Positions 49,873 to 60,745 of a stretch of 64,000 nucleotides of DNA are shown here, one piece after another. The position numbers and the translations under genes are program-made. How positions within the stretch are numbered: the first letter of the stretch is position 1; each line of letters begins with the position of its first letter. The notes beneath the pieces were generated by a model. That model searched no databases. It was not told the origin of the DNA and was given only the letters and a program-made list of their open reading frames with translations. The stretch spans positions 4,404,001-4,468,000 of the forward strand of contig CM075990.1 of the NCBI GenBank assembly GCA_038087875.1. Direction: 5' to 3'. The stretch comes from Malacoraja senta (Eukaryota).

Positions 49873-50339
49873 AATATTTAAATATTTTTAAAAATATTTA
49901 AATTAAGAATTTTGGCAAAAAAAAATTGAAATGCCAACGTGTTTTGCCCTCACGAAACCATGTTTGTGGTCTCAGTCACCCAACTATAACCGAAAAGCAA
50001 TGTTGTGCAGATGCTGGAAAGTTGAAATAAAAATCAGAACGTTCTGGGTTTACTCAGCAGGTTGGACTGAGTCTGTGGTGAGAGAAACAGCTACTTGGTC
50101 ATTAATCTTAAATAAAAGTTTTTTTTTAATGGGCACATCAGATTGCAGCAAGCACGGAAATAGAGGGAAGAGAGAGAGACTGAAAAAACAAGTAATGTTT
50201 GTGACCACAATGAAGACTGGCAGGATTGAAAATCAAAAGGAATGACTGATGTGAGAGAGGATTGCAAGAGAGGGTAAATATAGTACTTGTATCAGAATAA
50301 GTTGTATGTAGCCAAAGCAAATAAATTTGAACGACTCAA

Positions 50340-51295
50340 AGCAAAAAACAGAGTGCTGGAGCAACACAGCAGGTCAAGCAGCATCTCGAGGAAACATAGA
50401 TAGGTGATGTTTTGGATCGGGACACTTCTTCAGACTAGGATCTTTGCAAGAGGCAGGATGGGAAGAGGTGAGGTCCGGATGACCAAGGGGGTCAGTGTTT
50501 ATAGTAGATGCCAGTTGATAGCCTGTCCCCTGTTGGGGAGGCAGAGAGATTGAGAAAGGGGAGAGATGTATCAGAGATAGTCCAAGTAAATTTGAGGGCA
50601 GGGTGAAAGTTAGTGGTGAAGTTAATGAAATCAATCAGTTCTGCATAGGTGTAGGAGTCCGCCCCAATGCAGTCGTTGATGTAGTACTGTAAAAGTTTGG
50701 GGATGGTGCCAGTATATGTTTGGAACAAGCATATTCAACATAAAGGCAACAAGCAAAAGGCAGGCAAAGCTGGGGCCCATGCGAGTGCTCATGGCTACAC
50801 CTCTAACTTGAACAAAGTAAGAGGATTCAGAAGATTAGTTGCTGAGGACAAGTTCCATCCGCCGCAAGAGAGTGTTAGTAGAGGGGAACTGATTAGGTCT
50901 CTGTTCAAGGACGAACTGGAGGGTCCTGAGACTTTCCTTGTGGGGAATGGAGATGTAAAGGGACTGGACATCCATGGTAAAGATGAGGCGATGGGGGGCC
51001 TAGCAATAGAAAGTTATTGAAGTGTTGAAGAGTGTATGAGGTGTCTCAGATGTTAGACATGGGGTTGGGGGGGACAAGAAAGAATCAATGTAGTTAGTGA
51101 TGAATTCTGTGGGACAGGAGCAAGCAGAAACAATGAGTCTGCCAGAGCAGCCCTGTTGGTGGATTTTGGGAAGGAGATAGAAGTGGGAAGTACAGGGCTG
51201 GGGAATTATACGGTTGGAAGCTATGGAGGGAAGATACCAGAAGTGATGAGATCAGTTACGGCCGTTGAGATGGTGGGCTGGTGTTCACGTATGGG
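50340..51295 (-). mobile_element. Penelope RT fragment fused to terminal repeat (internally deleted)
   Basis: GVAMSTRMGPSFA, YYINDCIG (RYIDD-like), NFHPALKFTWTISDTSLPFL, HPASCKD joined directly to agtctgaagaagtgtcccgatccaaaacatc. Confidence 0.85.
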
Positions 51296-51403
51296 TTCAG
51301 CATTTTGTGCTTTTTGCTCCAGATTCCAGCATTTGAAGTTCCTTGTGTGTAATTTTGAACGACTGTCCAACACCGACATACATGTTTGTAGACATTCTGA
51401 CAA

Positions 51404-51550
51404 ATAATAGACAATAGGTGCAGGAGTAGGCCATTCGGCCCTTCGAGCCAGCACCGCCATTCAATGTGATCATGGCTGATCATCCCCAATCAGTACCCCG
51501 TTCCTGCCTTCTCCCTATATCTCCTGACTCCGCTATTTTTAAGAGCCCTA
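51404..51550 (-). mobile_element. CR1 (HER1-like) extreme 3' end
   Basis: aataatagacaataggtgcaggagtaggccattcggcccttcgagccagcaccgcc. Confidence 0.85.
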
Positions 51551-51571
51551 TGATATTGTAGATGCCAATAA

Positions 51572-51727
51572 ACTTACAAACCCGCATGTCTTTGGAATGT
51601 GGGAGGAAATCCTCGTGGTCATGGAGAACGTGCAAACTTCACACCGACTGCACCGAAGGTCAGGATTGAACTCTGGTCTCTGGCGCTGTGAGGCAGCAAC
51701 TCTACCAGCTGTGCTACCGTGCTGCCC
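51572..51727 (-). mobile_element. HE1-like SINE, 5' half
   Basis: Minus: gggcagcacggtagcacagctggtagagttgctgcctcacagcgccagagaccagagttcaatcc plus V-domain. Confidence 0.85.
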
Positions 51728-52065
51728 ATGTAGTTTAACGTTATAACATCTCAGCCGCTGCGGTCAGTCCAACAGACTATGATAATGTTTAGCTCTTGAA
51801 AAATTCAAGCAAAATTCATCATCAGTTATCTTAAAACACTGTCAGTCCTCTGTTATGTTTGATCTTTTCTGGATGTCAATAGATAGTCTCGGATTCTGCC
51901 ATAAAAAAAGTTGAATGCAGTTAGTTTTATTTGATTTCCCAAAATTAATAAGTACTAATATTAAAGCTTTTCCATTAAAATACTTTTCCATTGCTGGTGT
52001 ACATACAATCTGCACAGCACTTTTATCAGGATTGAGGATTTTGATGTTTTCCCGGCTAACTCGTT

Positions 52066-52150
52066 TTGTAAGTAAGTTTTATTTATATAGCACATTTTAA
52101 ATCAACTCGCATTGAAACCAAAGTGCTTTACATAAAATAAATAATAAGTT
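52066..52150 (-). mobile_element. L2-like LINE 3' end
   Basis: gtaagtaagttttatttatatagcacatttt...caaagtgctttaca resembles the fish L2 terminus (recognition from memory). Confidence 0.55.
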
Positions 52151-53389
52151 TCCGTACATCCATAGAAAAAGATTAAAAAAAGAAAAATTGAATCAGCCAA
52201 AGTGAATCTCTCTGAGGTATCAAGTTGATATTCGCTTCTCAACTATATAGATGCCATACTGCTATGATGGAACTGCACTAAAGGTTTAACCTGAAATAGC
52301 TGAATAATAGAAGAAAATCATGTTTTTCCTAGCTATCAATTTGTTCTGTTGCCATTTCTCAATAATTCAATTCTCACTGCAAAAATAAAGATCTAGTTTT
52401 TCCTACAGTTACTGCTCTATCTGTAAAAGTTTTCTTATCTCCTATTTGCCTGGGATCATCCAATCTGAATCTGAATTTACATTGAAAGTAAAATATTTCA
52501 GCATTTCAAACCCGTCTTTCCTTCCAAAGGTTTCAAGGGTTTTTTATCGTCACGTGTACCAATTAAGGTACAGTGATATTCGAATTCTTGCACACCATTC
52601 CATTTTAATTCATGTTCCTTACATATTCTTACACCATAAAGCTTGCAGCTTACAACCTACTTCTTGTCTTGGTTTATGACATCAGACATAATTGTGGATA
52701 GCACAATTGCAGAATTACCTGATACGTCACCTATCCATGTTCTCCAGAGATGCTACCTGACCCGCTGAGTTAAAACTGTATGACGTACAAATGGGTGTAC
52801 AAAGACACGTGTCTTTTTTCGTAAACCAGCATCTGCAATTCCTTGTTTCTCTCTAGTACAGTGATGCCTGTTTCAAATCAGCATGATACTCCTTTTGAAC
52901 TACTAATTGATTTCTTCCTTGGTGTACACTCAAACACTCTGTTGATATGAACAGGTTCATGGTGGTTAAAGGTTGATTTAATTGATATTTTTTTAATTGT
53001 GAAATTAACTATAAGTGCAAAACTAATATTTACCAACACCAGATGTAAAAAACAATTGGGCCAAGAAGATATTTGTAGCATTTGTGTGAAATGATTTAAA
53101 GGATAACTCCATCCTCACTTGTGAGCTATATGTGCTTCATTGCAATGTGACTTGAAAAAATATTTTAATCCCATACAAGAACTTTTATGAAGGAATGGTT
53201 TATGATTCCGCGAGTGTATGTGAAAAGTCAAATGTAAACCAGTTCAGTAAATTTCAGAATCAGAAATTGCTTGCGACATTTGATAGTCTAATTAATCTTT
53301 TAACATGGAAGATGGTGACAGAGTTGGGCTATTTCAGATATCATCTCCATTAAATCCCTGACGAAAATAAAAAACCCAAGTCTGCAGGC

Positions 53390-53700
53390 AGTAAGACCTA
53401 GACATTGTTCAAGGCATGAGATGATAGGTGGCAATGTCCACAGCCATCAAAGAATCAAACCATCTATCCTGGGTCAATGTTATCATCATACCCAAGTCAC
53501 GTCGATCAGAAATATATGTGGATCAGATAAGGCTAAGAAAGTGGGTCAGAACTTCCTAAAGTAACTCACCTGAATCCGCAGATTCTTTCCACCATCCACA
53601 ACGCATATAAGGAGTGTGGTGAAATATTTTCCATTTGCTTGGATGAGAGCTACTCCAGAAATCCTCGATGTATGGTGCCATCCAGCACAAAGCCAATACA
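53390..53700 (+). mobile_element. Old LINE RT remnant (CR1/L2 group)
   Basis: accatccacaacgcatataaggagtgtggtgaaatattttccatttgcttggatg ~ TIYKAQVRSVMEYSPLAWM-type motif. Confidence 0.5.
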
Positions 53701-54194
53701 TTACTTGGCACCGTATTTACAAATCTAATGCTTTATTCTTGTATAGTTTTATGAATATCTTCCCACTTGGGACCAATTGCTGCCACACACAAAATGCCAA
53801 ATTTGACCTAACGTGCAAATAGTTTTATAATGTTCATACATAAAACTAGTGGCGCAATTTTCCCACCCACAGAAAGGTAGGAAATTATATTTTTCAATTT
53901 CTGTCTTCTTCCCCTTAAAGAAATTGTAATCCAGTTCTTTAAAAATGACTTGATTCATGGGGGAAAAAAGTACAATATAAAAAAAACACAATCTAAGTTA
54001 ATACATTACAGGGTATTAACTTTTTATGGGAATGGTAGTGGGACAACATGAAGCTTGATCATGAGAGGTGTGGCTTCCAATTGAAAGTGCAGAGCAGTAG
54101 TCTCAAATTGTTTGTTCTCATTAATTGTAGGACTTGTAATTCTCCAGAGATGCTGCCTGACCCGCCGAGTTACACTGGCATTTTGTGTCTATCT

Positions 54195-54352
54195 AACATT
54201 AAGTTAGATGTATTCAAGAGAGAGTTAGATATAGCTCTTAGGGCTAACGGAATCAAAGGATATGGGGTGAAAACAGGAACGGTGTACTGATTTTGGCGGT
54301 GCTGGCTCGAAGGTCCGAATGGCCTACACCTGCACCAATTTTATATGTTTCT
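54195..54352 (+). mobile_element. CR1 (HER1-like) 3' end, preceded by a Penelope piece (54140-54192)
   Basis: LDVFKRELDIALRANGIKGYG..GTVY*; ggctcgaaggtccgaatggcctacacctgcacc. Confidence 0.85.
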
Positions 54353-54794
54353 CAGTTATAGTTTATTATTGTTACTGTTATTATTTATCATTTTGTAGGG
54401 TGTGTAATGTTGATGGTACAGCAGTGAAATTAGCTATATTGCTACATTTGTTTGCCTGTGCTGCAGGAAAATAACAGAGGTAATAAATTATGTTGGAAAT
54501 CTGATGGTTGCGGTTAATTTGCAGTGAGATGGTTATTTATAAATTTAACATTTGCTTTCAGTTGAATCCTTCTGGAAATTAAAACGCATTACATTTTCTG
54601 AGCATGTAATTGAAAGTGTCAATTCATTTTTAATGAAAATTCATCTAATTTTTATTATCGGCCTGCTTTCTTTCAGAATAGTTAACAACCAAACGAAGTA
54701 TACTTTGTGTTGGTCGACCGTTCCTCCTGATCTGATTCCCAAGAACATATACACTTGCAACTCGAGAGCTGAGGAGGTTGTAACAACTGCAGGA

Positions 54795-54861
54795 ATGACT
54801 GTCCACAGAGTTGCGGTTCCTGTTTTTGGAACATACATACTACTGATTCTACAGATTCAAG
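54795..54861 (+). CDS. Candidate first coding exon of a host gene (exon 54677-54861), signal-peptide-like MTVHRVAVPVFGTYILLILQIQ(G)
   Basis: Acceptor ctgctttctttcag|A at 54676/54677; ATG 54795 with a purine at -3; 22 codons + 1 nt then donor CAAG|gtaaat (phase 1); basic N-region then hydrophobic stretch; lies in repeat-free sequence. The frame is also open from the acceptor. Confidence 0.55.
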
Positions 54862-56357
54862 GTAAATCCTGTACTGTCAGATTTCTTTCATATTTTCAGT
54901 GAACATCCATTTGCAGTTACTAATTCAGCTTCCAGCTCAAAATCTAGAATTCGATTTCTAAACCGTTCTGTCCATTGCCTCTATACCATTCTCCTCCTTC
55001 AAGGTTCTTTAACCAAGCTATTAATCATCTAACATCTCCTTATTTGACAATATCAAACTGTTTTGAAATGTTCCTGAGAAACAATATCACAAAAGCTGTG
55101 TAAGTCTGTTGTTTTTAAATGTTTCAATTTTTAAATTTCACCTTAATGCTAAAGCAGGGAATTGAATTTACTGTTTTTTTATATTTTGAGAGAAGTAAAT
55201 ATGTTTTGGTGATTTCATTTAAACCCATTTTCACCCTGCCTCCATCATATTTAAGGAGGTAGGGGTATCGTGTTGAGGAAAGTTGTGAAATATACAGTGC
55301 CCTCCACAATGTTTGGGACAAAGACTCATCATTTATTTATTTGCCTCTGTACTCCACAATTTGAGATTTGTAATAGAAAAAGATCACATGTGGTTAAGTG
55401 CACATTGTCAGATTTTAATAAAGGGTATTTTTTTATAAATTTTGGTTTCACCATGTAGAAATCGCAGCAGTGTTTATACATAATCTCCCCCCTTTCAGGG
55501 CACCATAATGTTTGGGACACAGCAATGTCATGTGAATTAAACTAGTCATGTTTAGTATTTTGCATATCCTTTACATGCAATGAATACTTGAAGTCTGTGA
55601 TTCATAGACATCACCAGTTGCTGGGTGTCTTCTCGGGTGATGCTCTGCCAGGCCTGTATTACAGCCATCTTTAGCTTATGCTGGTTTTGGGGGCTTGTCC
55701 CCTTCAGTGTTCTCATCAGCATATAAAAGGCATGCTCAATTGGGTTCAGATCGGGTGATTGACTTGGCCACTCAAGAATTTACCATTTTTAGCTTGGAAA
55801 AACTCCATTGTTGCTTTAGCAGTAAGTTTGGGATCATTGTCTTGCTGTAGAATGAACCATCGGCCAATGAGTTTTGATGCATGTGTTTGAACTTGAGCAG
55901 ATATGATGTGTCTAACTTCAGAATTCATTTTGCAACTACCATCAGCAGTTGTATCATCAATGAAGATAAGTGAGCCAGTACCTTCAGCAGCCATACAGGC
56001 CATAACACCCCCACCACCGTGTTTCATTGGTGAGATGGTATGCTTTGGATCTTGGGCATCTTCTTCTCTTATCCATACTTTTGCTCTTGCCATCACTCTG
56101 ATATAATTTAATCTTCGTCTCATCTGTCCACAAGACCTTTTTCCAGAACTGTGGTTGCTCTTTTAAGTACTTGGCAAACTGTAACCTGGCCATCCTATTT
56201 TAGCAACTAATCAGTGGTTTGCATCTTGCAGTGTAGCCTCTGTATTTCTGTTCATGAAGTCTTCTGCGGACAGTGGTCATTGACAAATCCACACCTGACT
56301 CCTGAAGAGTGTTTCTGACCTGTCCGACAGGTGTTTGGGGATTTTTCTTTATTATAG

Positions 56358-58756
56358 GATCAAGTACGCAGGACAAGATGTTAAAAAGTCCCTTGTGCCA
56401 ATAGGTGGGGAGCATTTCACGACATTCGTTGATTGTTGAGAGTGGTAGACGCTCAACATCGGGGGGGGGGGGGGTAACCTTCAGGACAGTTGGGCACAGG
56501 ACACATCATCAGTAGTGTACCTTGCATCACTGGGTGTTTCGGCCTTTTAACACTATACACCCTCCACAAGGGCGGCCCGCTGCAGGATGATCAACCCTCA
56601 GCGCGTGTCCCATATCAAACCGTCCCAAAGATTCACCCCAACATACTTGGGGCCCAGCATGGGTCTTTCCGCTTGAGCCAAATCCACCGGCTGCTTCTTT
56701 CAGCAGCCTCTGAGAGTGATCTTATGGTCTTCCGCAGAGCCTGACCGTGGATTCCAAGCTCCTTCAGTAGTCTTAAGATGACGCAACAAATCCTCTGCAT
56801 CCCACTTCAACTGGATAGACTTTGGTGTTCCAGCCACGCTGCGTTGCCTCTGCTGCAAGCTCTGCGTAGCGCAGCTTCTTACGCTCATAGGCCTCCTCAA
56901 CGGAGTTCTCCCATGGAACTGTGAGCTCTATGATGTAAGCAGTCTTCTGTGAAGGGGACCAGAACACCAAGTCTGGCCTGAGGTTGGTGGAAGCAATTTC
57001 AGGTGGAAAAATTAGTTGTCGGCCGATGTCCGCCAGCATCCTCCAGTCACGGGCCCTGCATAGGTTTCCTTCTTCTGATCTGGTGGAAGGAAATTTAGAT
57101 GTTTTCTGTCCTTCTCGGACAAAGGTTGTTACCCTTGGGGGGTGGAGGGTTGCTTGCTTTCGGAGGCAAGGAGTTGGTCGCACACCGCCTGTTCTCAAGG
57201 GCTGATGCCAGGCTTTTTAGTACCTGATTATGCCGCCACGTGTATCTCCCTTGCGTGAGGCTGGTCTTGCAGCCTACCATGATGTGTTTGAGGGTCGCTG
57301 GAGTTGGGCAGATGGCACAGGTTGGATCCTCGCCCTACCACTGATGGAGGTTCTTTGGTGATGGAAGCACGTCATATGTCGCTCTGATGATGAAGCTGAT
57401 CTTGCTTGCTTCCATTTCCCATAGTTCTTTCCAGCTGATCTGCCTCTGCTCCACACCTTCCCACTGCATCCATTGCCCCTGTTTGGCAAGAGAGACCGCC
57501 TTTGCACTTCTTGTGGCCTCCTCCTGTCGCCGCACCTCCTCAACCACCAACGTCCTCCGCTCTGATGTTGTGGCCTTTCGCCAAGTTGGTTTACTTGTCG
57601 TAAGGCCAAAGCCTCCTCTTCCCTGCTGGACTTGCCCCACTATGTCTTTGTGCCTCAGGGCTGATGAAGCTTGCTGTACTGCATCAGATGGTGTCCACTT
57701 CCGGCCAGTTGCTAGGGGCGGCGCAACAGCACTGATGGTCTTGTCTCTAGAGTCCCTCAGTGTCATCTGGAGTCTTACTTTAGAACACTTATATTCCTCT
57801 GTTAGACTAGTGAGAGGTAGTTCCAGGACCCCTTTGCCATAGAGGCCGATGTTAGTTAGACATCGTGGGACACCGAACCATTTCTTTGCGTATGAAGTTA
57901 TGGTTCGCTCCATCTTCTCCACAGTTGTTATTGGGGCTTCATAAACGGTCAATGGAGGAAGGAGTCCAAACTGTAGGCACCAGAGCTTCAGTTTCCCAGG
58001 CAGTAGGGTCTGATTGATGTTCTCCAGGCCGTTGACAATTTCTTGCCTTAGTTGTTGCACCTGCTCTTTGTCCTTGAGACTTGCGTTGTACCATCTGCCC
58101 AGGCTTTTAACTGGCTGCTCAGACACTGTTGGTATTGGGTCGTCACCGATACAGAACCTTGTGTCTCTAAGCACCCCCTTGACTATGGAGATGCTTTGAG
58201 ATTTACTTGGTTTGATTTTCATTCGGGCCCACTTGATGTTCTCCTGCAGCTTTCCAAGTAGCCGCTTGGTGCATGCTGCAGTAGTGGTTAGTGTTGTCAT
58301 GTCGTCCATGTATGCACTAATGGGTGGCAGACGGAGCCCAGCCCTGGTTCGTTCACCGCCCACCACCCATTTTGAGGCCCTCATGATGACTTGCATGGCC
58401 ATTGTAAAGGCCAAGGGTGAGACTGTGCAGCCTGCCATGATGCCTACTTCCAAGCGCTGCCATGTTGTACTGAAGTCAGCTGTTGTGAAGCACAGCTGCA
58501 GGTCTTGGTAATATTTCTTAACCAGTGTGGTGATGAGCTCTGGTGCATGGAAAAAGGCAAAAGATTCCCAAAGGAGTTCATGGGGAACTGAACCAAATGC
58601 ATTGGCCAGATCGAGGAGGATCACATGTAGGTCTCTCTTGTCCTTCTTAGCTGCTTGGATCTGGTGCCAGATCATGCTTGTATGCTCCAAGCAGCCCGGA
58701 AATCCTGGAATTCCTGCTTTCTGTACAGATGTATCAATGTACTTGTTTGTTATCAG
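56358..58756 (-). mobile_element. 5'-truncated HERO-like (R2-group, RLE) non-LTR retrotransposon nested in Tc1
   Basis: YIDTSVQKAGIPGFPGCLEH; LDLANAFGSVPH; GIMAGCTVSP; AYMDD; CAICPTPATLKHIMVGC zinc knuckle, RHN, RPDLVFWS..IIELTVPWE..K RLE; ATAG at both junctions. Confidence 0.88.
56650..58756 (-). pseudogene. RT + zinc knuckle + restriction-like endonuclease pseudogene
   Basis: 451-aa open stretch 57335-58690, an in-frame TAG before GEDPTC, frameshifts near 57140 and 56775. Confidence 0.88.
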
Positions 58757-59687
58757 ATAGAGATAATTCTTCTGTCATCAGCTGTGGAGGTCTTCCTTGG
58801 CCTGTCAGTCCCTTTGCAATTAGTAAGCTCACCAGTGCTCTCTTTCTTCTTAATGATGTTCCAAGCAGTTTATTTTGGTAAGCCTAATGTTTGGCTGATG
58901 TCTCTAACAGTTTTATTCTTGTTTCTCTATCTCATAATGGCTTCTTCGACTTTCATTGGCACAACTTTGGTCCGCATGTTGATAAACAGCAATATAAGTT
59001 TCCCAAGGTATTGGAAAGACTGGAGGAAAGACTAGGTGCTGAGAGCTCTCTGATACCTGCATTAAGGAGGCATTTAAACATACCTGAGCAATTACAAACA
59101 CCTGTGAAGCCATGTGTCCCAAACATTATGGTGCGCTGAAATGGGGGGACTATGTATAAACACAGCTGTAATTTCTACATGGTGAAACCAAAATGTATAA
59201 CCTTTAATAGAAATAACCTTTAATAGAATCTAACAATGTGCACTTTAACCACATGTGATTTTTTTTCTATTACAAATCTCAAATTGTGGAGTACAGAGGC
59301 AAATAAATAAATGACGAGTCTTTGTCCCAAACATTATGGAGGGGACTGTGAACAGTGTATATCATGTTATTTTTGATGTGTGTCATTATCACTTTATTTG
59401 TCTGGAGTGTAAGAGCATTGTCTGTAGTGTAAGCATTTGAGGTTCATCTTAACATGTAAAATGCTGCAATGTTGGTCTTCGGCATCTGACTCCAATAATC
59501 TTGAATTGGATTGTTCATAATTTGTTTTCATTCAGTTGTCTTGTGCATGTAAAATGGTAGAAAATTAACTAACTTGCTCCTTCAGGAAATTTGCTTTGTT
59601 TGGAAGCTACGCTGATTGTATCTTTTTATTAGCATGCATAGATGTAAAGGATCAAATGGATTCATTCGATCATGTAACTTCTTTTGA

Positions 59688-59855
59688 AGATAGACACAAA
59701 AACCTGGAGTAACTCAGCGGGACAGTCTGAAGAAGGGTCTCGACCCGAAACGTCACCCATTCCTTCTCTCCGGAGATGCTGCCTGTCCCGCTGAGTTACT
59801 CCAGCTTTTTGTGCCTATCTTCGGTTTAAATTCGCATCTGCAGTTCCTTCCTACA
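59688..59855. mobile_element. Penelope hammerhead unit with inverted 5' piece and 17-bp TSD
   Basis: Minus piece 59688-59725 plus plus-strand unit from 59727; catgtaacttcttttga (59671-59687) / catgtaatttattttga (59856-59872). Confidence 0.9.
59727..59754 (+). ncRNA. Minimal hammerhead ribozyme core, best-preserved copy
   Basis: CUGAAGA-A-GGGU-CUCG-ACCC-GAAACGUC; palindromic ACGU forms an abbreviated stem III. Confidence 0.7.
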
Positions 59856-60328
59856 CATGTAATTTATTTTGATCACTTTGTTTGGCATCTCAGTAGCTGA
59901 GTTAAATAAATGCATGCAGTTGCTCTAAATCTTGCGCATCGACTTATGGGCTCATTCTTCTCCTATTACTGTGCATTGTGCATCATTTGTTTTATGTACC
60001 AGAACTAAGCATTGAACATATTTTTGGGGGTTGCAAGGAATTTTCAGTGCCTAGCACAATTACAACAGACTATATTTTTGAAGTGAAGAGCTGCTCCAAG
60101 TCTGATACCAAACAAAGTTAGGGCTGCTAATGGTTGGGAATCATCTTTGCATTGACTTTGAGAACTGAGAGAGTGTGGTTTTCCACTTGGATACAAATCA
60201 TTCCCGTTTAAATTAAATACATAGATTACCTTGGAGTTTGCATAAAGAATGCTAAAGTGTGAAAACTGGTGTAACTTTCTCTCAGAAGTATTTCTAAAAG
60301 GGTTGTAAACAATTGTGTAATCATCATA

Positions 60329-60430
60329 GGTAGACAAAAGTGCTGGAGAAACTCAGCGGGTGAGGCAGCATCTATGGAGCGAAGGAAATAGGCAACGTTT
60401 CGGGCCGAAACCCTTCTTCAGACCTTCTTC
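60329..60430 (-). mobile_element. Penelope hammerhead unit, second subfamily, with 10-bp TSD
   Basis: Minus: AGGT-CTGAAGAAGGGT-TTCG-GCCCGAAACGTT-GCCT; aatcatcata at 60319-60328 and 60431-60440. Confidence 0.9.
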
Positions 60431-60477
60431 AATCATCATAATTGTCTTGTAATATTGGCATCAGGTGCTTTATGAAT

Positions 60478-60745
60478 TTAATTTAGTTAGAGATACAGCA
60501 CAGAAACAGGCCTTTCACCCCACTGAGTCTGCTCCAACCAGCGATCCCCGTTAGACTAGCACACACTACACACGAGGGAGAATTTACTATTTTTACCAAA
60601 GCCACATAACCACCGTCTTTGGAGTGTGGGAGGAAACTGATGCACCTGGGGAAAACACACAGGGAGAACGTACAACCTCGATACAGACAGCACCCATAGT
60701 CAGGATCGAGCCCAGGTCAAGGCAGCAATTCTACCATGCCACCCC
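60478..60745 (-). mobile_element. HE1-like V-SINE
   Basis: tttagttagagatacagcacagaaacaggcc...ggagtgtgggaggaaac...gacagcacccatagtcaggatcgagccc. Confidence 0.85.

Larger units (their letters stand above)
55552..58977 (-). pseudogene. Tc1 transposase pseudogene, split by the insertion at 56358-58756
   Basis: MRTKVVPMKV...RPRKTSTADDRRIIS|IIKKNPQT...VLWTDETK...KHGGGGVM...ILQQDNDPK...WPSQSPDLNPIEH...CKGYAKY*; several stops and frameshifts. Confidence 0.93.
55295..59348 (-). mobile_element. Tc1-family (DD34E, IR/DR type) DNA transposon, full length but inactivated
   Basis: TA|CAGTGCCCTCCACAATGTTTGGGACAAAG... and ...CTTTGTCCCAAACATTATGGAGGGGACTG|TG; ~227-236 bp TIRs (55295-55521, 59113-59348), each with two copies of AATGTTTGGGACA. 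Confidence 0.95.

Noticed and set aside
54795..54861. Naming the host gene (e.g. an adhesion GPCR or receptor phosphatase)
   Set aside because: Signal peptides are too divergent to identify by eye, and no second exon was found in the window.
57387..59035. Plus-strand ORFs over the HERO/Tc1 region
   Set aside because: Antisense shadows of the minus-strand retrotransposon and transposase frames.
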